DNA of 64,000 nucleotides from an uncultured delta proteobacterium (GTDB lineage Bacteria; Desulfobacterota; Binatia; Binatales; Binataceae): NCBI GenBank assembly GCA_963765675.1, contig CAVXXK010000006.1, positions 128,001 to 192,000 of the forward strand, read 5' to 3'. Shown piece by piece: positions 57,856 to 64,000 of this stretch (position 1 is its first letter; each line of letters starts with the position of its first letter). The notes under the pieces were generated by a model. It saw only the letters and a program-made list of their open reading frames with translations, ran no database searches and was not told where the DNA came from. The position numbers and the translations under genes were made by a program.

Positions 57856-58161
57856 ATGCTGATGACAAAGCGTAAGCCGGCGACGGTCGGTGAAATCCTG
57901 GTGGAGGAGTTCATGGAACCGCTTGGCCTGACTCAAAGAGCGCTCGCAGAAGCTATGGGTGTGCAGCGCAAACATGTCAACGAGTTATGCAAGGGGCGGC
58001 GCAACGTGACGGCCGCGACGGCTCTGATCCTGGCGCGCGTGTTCGGCAACAGCCCGGATTTTTGGCTGAACGTACAGCGGCGCAACGACTTGTGGAATGC
58101 GATGCATAGTCCGAAGGAGCAGGCGCGGATCGGACGCGCACGTCCGCTCAAGGCTGCTTGA
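57856..58161 (+). CDS. higA: HigA-family antitoxin (HTH_3), no intact toxin adjacent
   Basis: PATVGEILVEEFMEPLGLTQ..LA.AMGV...NEL..GRR.VT...AL.LA..FGNSPDFWLNVQ. Confidence 0.9.
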   Translation: MLMTKRKPATVGEILVEEFMEPLGLTQRALAEAMGVQRKHVNELCKGRRNVTAATALILARVFGNSPDFWLNVQRRNDLWNAMHSPKEQARIGRARPLKAA

Positions 58162-58227
58162 ACTGCCCTGCGATCTTCCGTTTTTCAATGCTTGCCGTGT
58201 GCAGGAACAGCGCAACGGTTAGGAGCG

Positions 58228-58384
58228 GAAGACACAGGCTCTGGCCTGTGCCACTTAAAACAAGTCCAACCTTTGAGGAGCCGTGTCTTCTGGCTTGCGT
58301 CAAGTAAATTTTCTCATGTCGGCAGGCTCTGCCGATGTTGGGCGCAGCGAGAAATTTCTTAGGTGGCACAGGCTTTAGCCTGTG
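58228..58384. repeat. GTGG-type REP doublet (CACAGGCT..GCCTGTGCCAC)
   Basis: 58233-58254 and an inverted copy at 58363-58384; 58228-58260 matches 62634-62666 at 30/33 nt. Confidence 0.8.
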
Positions 58385-58474
58385 TTTCTTTGCAGCGGCA
58401 TCCTCATCCGGGCGTCGCGAGGCTTGCGGAACGAGCGCAAGCCTCGCGCCGCGCACGGCTACTGCCGTTAAGAT

Positions 58475-58511
58475 CGACCTAACCCCTGACCCCTTCCCGC
58501 ACGGGAAGGGG
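58475..58511. repeat. CCCCTTCCC..GGGAAGGGG REP-like repeat
   Basis: CGACCTAACCCCTGACCCCTTCCCGCACGGGAAGGGG, 36/37 identical to 62355-62391. Confidence 0.85.
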
Positions 58512-58578
58512 AACCATTTGGCGGATGACACGGACGCTTATCCAGGGAACGGGTGGTGGGTCAGTTTGAGATGTGTGA

Positions 58579-59332
58579 CTATAAATTTCTGCGCGGGATC
58601 CCGGTGATGCGGCAGAGTACTCGCAAATCTATCTCTTCAAACTGTCCAAATTTCATTGGAATTTCCCAGAGACGCCTAAACGATGCGCGAACCTTATCGT
58701 ATAATTGGTCCGTCTCAACTGCTAACCGGCGATAGAGTTTAAGCACTTCATATGCCGCGAAATCGGCAGCCTGAAGCGGGACTGTTTTTCGATTGCGAAA
58801 AATCGGGTTCACACCAGTACTTGCGCGCACGGCGTCCATCAACTGTCCACGATGAGGATCGCCCGACTCAAACACATATTCGATAGGCACAGTTGGCCAA
58901 TGTACATCTCTCCAAGCGTTAGCTTGGTCGACACAGGATTTCGCGCAAATAGTGTATGGATAAAAGTATTCGTGCAGTTCGTATTCAGGCGTCCACCCGC
59001 AGATAATCGTCTCGTACGACGCAGGCACCCGTCCAATAGGCAGCATGCGGGAGTAGAGCTTTCACCAGACCGTCAATAAATGCTTTGCGCTTTTCTTCTT
59101 TCCCTTTCCAGCCAACCGCATAGGCATCAACACTGTGCGCAAACTCGCGCATATGGAAATAGGGTACGTCAAACTGTTTCAGGACTGCATTCCACTCAGG
59201 CTCGAACATGAGCCATTCGTCGGTTCGACCGACAAATCCTCCGACCGCCAAAATTGGGTCGTCCTCTTTTCCGCTGGCATCGCCGTACAGAGACAGAGGG
59301 CTTGGGACGATTATTGCCATTAGGTCATCCAC
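58579..59332 (-). CDS. DUF3800-like protein, one apparent +1 frameshift near 58988
   Basis: LYGDASG..LAVGGF..W..F..EW..FHMREF and PLQAADFAAYE motifs in two overlapping ORFs; visibly AT-richer than its neighbours. Confidence 0.7.
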
Positions 59333-59352
59333 CTTGAGAAATAGCGTATTTT

Positions 59353-59619
59353 CCCCTTACCGTGCAGGAAGGTGGGGGTTGGGTGAGTCGATCCTGCTGC
59401 CGAGGGGAGGCATCCCCGGAATCTTTGATCGGAGCTTTGCGCCGCGCTGAGTAAAGGTCCCTCGCCTGGCCTCTCCGTTTCAGGGCGAGGGATCGGACAG
59501 CAGAGTGAGGGACCAGAGAGATTAGGGCATAAGGTTCCTTCACCTGACCGCGTGGCAGTGGCACCTCCCTTTCAGGGCGAGGAATCCGCAACAAACAGGC
59601 GGATTAAAATCCGCCGCAC
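59353..59619. repeat. Cluster of degenerate REP-like palindromes
   Basis: Inverted degenerate CCCCTT.CC copy at 59353-59384; TTTCAGGGCGAGG units at 59458-59492 and 59564-59582; GGCGGATTAAAATCCGCCGCAC at 59598-59619. Confidence 0.6.
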
Positions 59620-59638
59620 TTAGAGTGTAACCTACTGG

Positions 59639-60139
59639 TCAGGGCATGGGGACGGGGACTACTGGGGCGACCACTGAGAGGTTGTCTTTTACTGTTAGGG
59701 TTACCAGGCAGGTGGGTTCTTCGCGGCCGTAGCAGATGTTGGCGACTATGCCTTTGGGGCTTGGTTGCAGGCGCGAGTACTTGTGGCAGACCCAGACTCC
59801 GGCGCTTTGACGGTACATCGCGACTGTGAAGTAGCGGCCGGGGGAGAGCTTGCCGGACTGGGTTACGCCGCGCAGCCCTACTTCTTTCGAGTCGGTTATT
59901 TCGAAGCCGTCGTGGGCCGAGTTGGGATCGTAGGTCATGAAGAAAATCTGCCATTGCAGGCCGGCGCGGGCGGAGAGGTCGTAGTTCATCGCGTGCTCGG
60001 AAGAGAACACCGGCTTGTCGCGGCACAGCCACGGACGCGGCTCGCCGGCATGGGCTGGCGCGGAAATCGCGATTGCCGCCAGGACGACTGCGACGGAAAT
60101 TGTCTCGAGGATGTGGGTCTTGAGGATGCGGATGAACAT
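59639..60139 (-). CDS. Hypothetical secreted protein (4 Cys)
   Basis: Signal peptide ending AHA-G; no recognised domain. Confidence 0.65.
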   Translation of the reverse strand: MFIRILKTHILETISVAVVLAAIAISAPAHAGEPRPWLCRDKPVFSSEHAMNYDLSARAGLQWQIFFMTYDPNSAHDGFEITDSKEVGLRGVTQSGKLSPGRYFTVAMYRQSAGVWVCHKYSRLQPSPKGIVANICYGREEPTCLVTLTVKDNLSVVAPVVPVPMP

Positions 60140-60178
60140 GCGTGGGTTCCTTTGCGGCTTCGGCGGTTGCGGCTCGAT

Positions 60179-62203
60179 TTAATTTTGCGCGCGCGGTCCG
60201 AGCGCCGCAATCTGTCCTATGATTTCGGCCAGGTTCGAGTCCTTGGGCGTGAAGACCGCCCGCACGCCCATCGCGAGTAGCCGCGCGCGGTCGGGCTCGG
60301 GAATGATCCCGCCCATCACGACGGCAACGTCGCCGGCGCCGCGCCGCTGCAGCATCGCGAGCGCGTCGCGCGCAATCGCCATATGCGCTCCCGCCAGGCT
60401 CGAAATCGCGAGCACGTCAACGTCTTCCTGAAGCGCGGTCTCGACCATCTGTGCCGCCGTCTGTTTGAAGCCCGCCAGCACTACTTCCATCCCGGCCTGC
60501 ATGCACGCGTGCGCCAGCAGCTTGACCGCGTTGATATGTCCGTCGAGGCCGGCTTTGCCGAGCGCGATTTTCATCTTGCGCGGCGCATGAGCGATCGAAA
60601 ACGAGGCGACTGCTCCGCGCGCTTCGAGAATCGGCGGCGTGTAGCGTCCGTGGCTCGCGCGCACGATCGCGTCGGTCCATTCGCCGACGGTGCCTCCCGC
60701 GCGCGCGAGCGCGAGCGTCGCCTCCATCGTCGGCGCCTTTGCAGCAGCGGCCTTTTCGAGTGCCTGCGCCGCTCGCGTGACGGCGGCGTTGTCGCGATTT
60801 TTGCGCCAGCGTGCAATCGCGTCGATGCGATCCTTCTCGATTGCGGCTTGCACGTTGCCGCCCGAGTCTTCCGCACCATCGGCCGCCGGCCCGAGCAGTC
60901 TGATCTCGCCGAGAAATGAGTTGACGCCGACCTGGACGATCTCGCCGGTTTCGAGCTTGCGCTGGCGCTCGGCGAGAGAGCGCGTCAGCTCGCCGGCGAC
61001 GATTCCGATCGAGCGCGAGTAACCTGCGGTGCGCAGTTCGATCGCGATCGTGCGTGCGCGCGCCGAAATCTCGGCGGTCAGACCCTCGATTACTTTGCTG
61101 CCGGCGAAGATATCGCCGTATTTCGTGATGCCGGTTTCATGCATCAGCACCTGCTGGGTGCGGAGCGACAGGGTTTGCTCGGCCTGGTCGGGCAGCGCCA
61201 TCGCTTCGCGGAAGCCGGGCAACTGGAGCGCGTTGACGCGCGCCGCCGCGGAGATCGTGACCGGCAGCGCCTCGTATGCGATGCGGATGATATTGACCTC
61301 GGGCTGCTGCTCGGTGAGCGAGAGCGAGCGCACCTGGCATCCGGCGCGGAAGGCGACCTCGTCGATGCCGTACTCGGATTGGCAAAGCTCGCGCCAGAGG
61401 CTGAAGTACGCGCGGATTTTGCAAATCTCCGGAACCAGCTCGATGCCGCTGTTGATGAAAAACGAAATGCGCCGCACGGTCTGCTCGAACGCGGCAGGCG
61501 CAAGATTCTCTCGCAGCGCGTCGAGGATCAGCATCGCGTTGCCGAACGCGTAGCCGATCTCCTCGGCCGGGCCGGCGCCGCTTTCCATGTAGTGATAGCC
61601 GCAGCAGTTGATCGGATTCCAATTCGGGACGCGCTCGACGGCGAATTTGATCAGCTCGGTCGAGAGCCGGAAGGACATTTCGGGATCGAAGATCGAGGTG
61701 CCGCGCGCGACGAATTCCTTCATCAGATCGTTCTGGGTGGTTCCGCGCAGTTCGGTCCACGGCGCGCCGTGCTTCTCCGCGACGACCAGGTATAGCGCGA
61801 GCAGGAACGGCGCGGTCGCATTGATCGTCATCGAGGTGTTGATCTCGGCGAGCGGAATTCCCTCGAACAGCGCCTCCATGTCCTGCCAGTGGCAGATCGA
61901 GACGCCGGCCTTGCCGACCTCGCCGGCGGCGACCGGAGCGTCGGGGTCGTAACCGTTTTGAGTGGGGAGATCGAACGCGATCGACAGGCCGCGCTGGCCC
62001 GCCTTGAGATTTTGATGAAAGCGCGCGTTAGCCTGGCGCGCGTCGCCGAATCCGGCGTAGGTCCTGATGATCCAGGGTTCGCGCACGCGCTGGTTTTTGC
62101 GCTCGGCCTCGCTCATGCCCGCCGGTACCTCAGAAGAAAGGGTATTTGCGAATCGGCGTGAATTCCAGAGGCGGTCGATGAATGGCGCGTTCTTGTCCGT
62201 CAT
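60179..62203 (-). CDS. B12-dependent acyl-CoA mutase, ethylmalonyl-CoA mutase (MeaA/Ecm)-like, with fused cobalamin-binding domain
   Basis: PWIIRTYAG, LSIAFDLPTQ.GYD, TSMTINATA, GTTQND..KE, LTEQQPE.N; C-terminal K.GLDGH..SSLAGAH..GGIIP. Confidence 0.85.
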   Translation of the reverse strand: MTDKNAPFIDRLWNSRRFANTLSSEVPAGMSEAERKNQRVREPWIIRTYAGFGDARQANARFHQNLKAGQRGLSIAFDLPTQNGYDPDAPVAAGEVGKAGVSICHWQDMEALFEGIPLAEINTSMTINATAPFLLALYLVVAEKHGAPWTELRGTTQNDLMKEFVARGTSIFDPEMSFRLSTELIKFAVERVPNWNPINCCGYHYMESGAGPAEEIGYAFGNAMLILDALRENLAPAAFEQTVRRISFFINSGIELVPEICKIRAYFSLWRELCQSEYGIDEVAFRAGCQVRSLSLTEQQPEVNIIRIAYEALPVTISAAARVNALQLPGFREAMALPDQAEQTLSLRTQQVLMHETGITKYGDIFAGSKVIEGLTAEISARARTIAIELRTAGYSRSIGIVAGELTRSLAERQRKLETGEIVQVGVNSFLGEIRLLGPAADGAEDSGGNVQAAIEKDRIDAIARWRKNRDNAAVTRAAQALEKAAAAKAPTMEATLALARAGGTVGEWTDAIVRASHGRYTPPILEARGAVASFSIAHAPRKMKIALGKAGLDGHINAVKLLAHACMQAGMEVVLAGFKQTAAQMVETALQEDVDVLAISSLAGAHMAIARDALAMLQRRGAGDVAVVMGGIIPEPDRARLLAMGVRAVFTPKDSNLAEIIGQIAALGPRAQN

Positions 62204-62354
62204 CGTGCGATGAAAGTGCGTGAGGCGGGGGAGCATCGTATTCCGAGCCGAGCGCCGCGCGATTAGAAGAGAGAGCAGCACCTATCAAGAAGTCACTGCG
62301 TCTCTCGCGCGTTATGGGAAATGAACCTTGGCTGCGGTGCAGGCCAAAAAAGAC

Positions 62355-62666
62355 CGACCTAACCCCCGACCCCTTCCCGCACGGGAAGGGGGTCAGAACC
62401 GAACCTCAATGGCCATACGGGGACGCGGAGCGGCGCTAGTGGCGCCGGAAATTCGCCCGACCACTCCGCCCCTTGCGACCAGTGTTCCCCTTCCAGTGCG
62501 GGAAGGGGACAGGGGTTAGGTCGATTGCCTGAGGAGCACCTCCTCCCCAAAGCATCTCATTTCGTCCATCAAGGTGCGCGCCGCCCTCTCCCGGGGGAGA
62601 GGGTATCCAGCAGGGCATCTCGGAGGGGCGTAAGAAGACACAGGCTGAAGCCTGTGCCACTTAAAA
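62355..62666. repeat. Mixed REP cluster
   Basis: Inverted pair 62355-62391 / 62487-62525; CCCTCTCCCGGGGGAGAGGG at 62584-62603; CACAGGCTGAAGCCTGTGCCAC within 62634-62666. Confidence 0.85.
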
Positions 62667-62721
62667 ACGGCAAGCGAGGATCGCGCGAAAATCTAGTGCC
62701 GCTTCCAGCGGGCGGGTTTCG

Positions 62722-63027
62722 CTAGCCGGGAAGGTCGACCGAGGATTTTCCGGCGTTAACGCATCGCGAGGCGGACTTGGGGACGATCGGCTTGCCCAGC
62801 TCGTCGTCGGTCACAAACTGATCGGCGTTGGGCTGAATTTCGAGTCCGTGCGATGCGGCGCGGGCGCGGTACGATTCGCAATCGCGCTCGGTGCGGAACA
62901 TGTGCGAGCGGACGGCCCAGTTCGAGACTGGCGCTCCGATGTCGAATTTTCCGATGGCTTTTGGCGCGGGGGCCACGACCATGAACCATCCGATAAGCGC
63001 AAGTATGGACACGTGATGCAGTTTCAT
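62722..63027 (-). CDS. Small secreted hypothetical protein (2 Cys)
   Basis: Hydrophobic leader LALIGWFMVVAP; AP.S.W..F..E.DCE..RCV pattern. Confidence 0.6.
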   Translation of the reverse strand: MKLHHVSILALIGWFMVVAPAPKAIGKFDIGAPVSNWAVRSHMFRTERDCESYRARAASHGLEIQPNADQFVTDDELGKPIVPKSASRCVNAGKSSVDLPG

Positions 63028-63128
63028 CCGTTTCCCCTGGAAGAAATTAGAGCGGTTCCGAACCCCCGGCGGTGCTGCACTTTGGTCCGGTCATCCCCGA
63101 AAAGGTGGATGCCGCGCTGAATCCATAT

Positions 63129-64000
63129 TCACGGAGAAGTCATAAATAAAGCAAGTGAATTTATCAAGTCGCGCCCGTGCAGGTCGGGAAGGTCGGGTAC
63201 TTCGAGAACGGGAGTTCCGGTTTGGCGGCGGACGCGCTCGAGCGCCGCGCGCGAATGGGCAGCGCGGGCAATTTCTGTGCGCGCGATTTCCGCCAGATGC
63301 GCTCGCGCGCGCGAACCTCCCGGCTTGGAGTGGCCGCCGAGCATCGCGGTGACGTCGGCGGAATCGAAATCAACGGAGGCCACTCGATTGAAGAACACCT
63401 GGGACGGCGAAAGCTGCATTTCGCTCAGCGTAGCGTGCATCTCGAGCGCTTCCGACATCGCGAGCGAGTCGGCGGTGGTGACCTCGACGATCGCGCAGGT
63501 CTCGCGGTCGCGCAGCCATTTGCCGATATTGGCCGCCTCGTTGCCGACGACGCTCTGGCGAAACGTCGCCCGCGCGGCCGTGGGCATCTTGAGCAGCGCG
63601 AGCGCCTGCCCGCTCGAAGGAGCATCGACGATAATCGAATCCCAGACGTTGCGGCGGCGCTCCTTGCGTCCGCTTTCGTAATAGATTTTGCCGAGCATCA
63701 CGAGCTCGCGCAGTCCCGGCGCCGCCTGCACAAAAAATTGATAGAGCCGGCTCGCGAACACCGCGCGCAGGAGCACGCGCCCCGGCACCACCATCGCGAG
63801 GTATTCCTCGAGCGCGTGGCTGCCGTCGAGCAGCATCGTGAAGAGGTTCGGCGCGGCCTCGACCGGGCTGTAGGAGCGCTCGACGCCGAGCGCTGACGCC
63901 ATCGGCGCGCGCGCGTCGGTCTCGATGAGCAAAGTGCGCGCTCCCGCGGTCGCTCGCGCCGACGCGAGCGCCGCGGCAAGCGTGGTTTTGCCCACGCCGC
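63129..64000 (-). CDS. ArsA/Get3-like P-loop ATPase, 5' end outside the window
   Basis: GVGKTTLAAALA, APGLRELVMLGKI, IIVDAPSSGQ, FFNRV. Confidence 0.85.
   Translation of the reverse strand, partial: GVGKTTLAAALASARATAGARTLLIETDARAPMASALGVERSYSPVEAAPNLFTMLLDGSHALEEYLAMVVPGRVLLRAVFASRLYQFFVQAAPGLRELVMLGKIYYESGRKERRRNVWDSIIVDAPSSGQALALLKMPTAARATFRQSVVGNEAANIGKWLRDRETCAIVEVTTADSLAMSEALEMHATLSEMQLSPSQVFFNRVASVDFDSADVTAMLGGHSKPGGSRARAHLAEIARTEIARAAHSRAALERVRRQTGTPVLEVPDLPDLHGRDLINSLALFMTSP

Noticed and set aside
58985-58987. TGA in the DUF3800 gene as selenocysteine or readthrough
   Set aside because: The downstream homology is in a different frame; a single-base insertion explains it
58228-62666. 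Possible CRISPR array or composite transposon from the 33-37 bp repeats
   Set aside because: Copies are kilobases apart or inverted, with no regular spacers, no cas genes and no transposase

Overview
High-GC, gene-dense bacterial chromosomal window with no rRNA, tRNA, CRISPR or intact transposase that I can see. The synteny (rnj-ftsK-lolA-rimO-dksA), expanded DUF1329 paralogs and Cys/Pro/Thr-rich secreted proteins suggest a soil Deltaproteobacteria-related lineage, possibly Ca. Binatota; this is inference only. Housekeeping genes (lhr, acnA, ilvB, ssb, rnj, ftsK, lolA, rimO, dksA) alternate with secreted unknowns. The standout is a tightly coupled 8-gene minus-strand lipid cluster (40681-52146): TetR, HAD phosphatase, LarA-like protein, ElbD-like FAR/acyl-AMP ligase/ACP/acyltransferase megaenzyme, secreted S1-P1/PLC-fold enzyme, dual-specificity phosphatase, phosphatidylcholine synthase and an amidohydrolase fusion. 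It is a candidate ether-phosphatidylcholine pathway. Also notable are a four-hairpin candidate sRNA with anti-SD/C-rich loops (55454-55596), three families of REP-like palindromes (one inverted pair brackets an AT-richer DUF3800 gene) and a divergent Ecm-like B12 mutase. Five genes are each broken by exactly one extra base, most likely sequencing errors.
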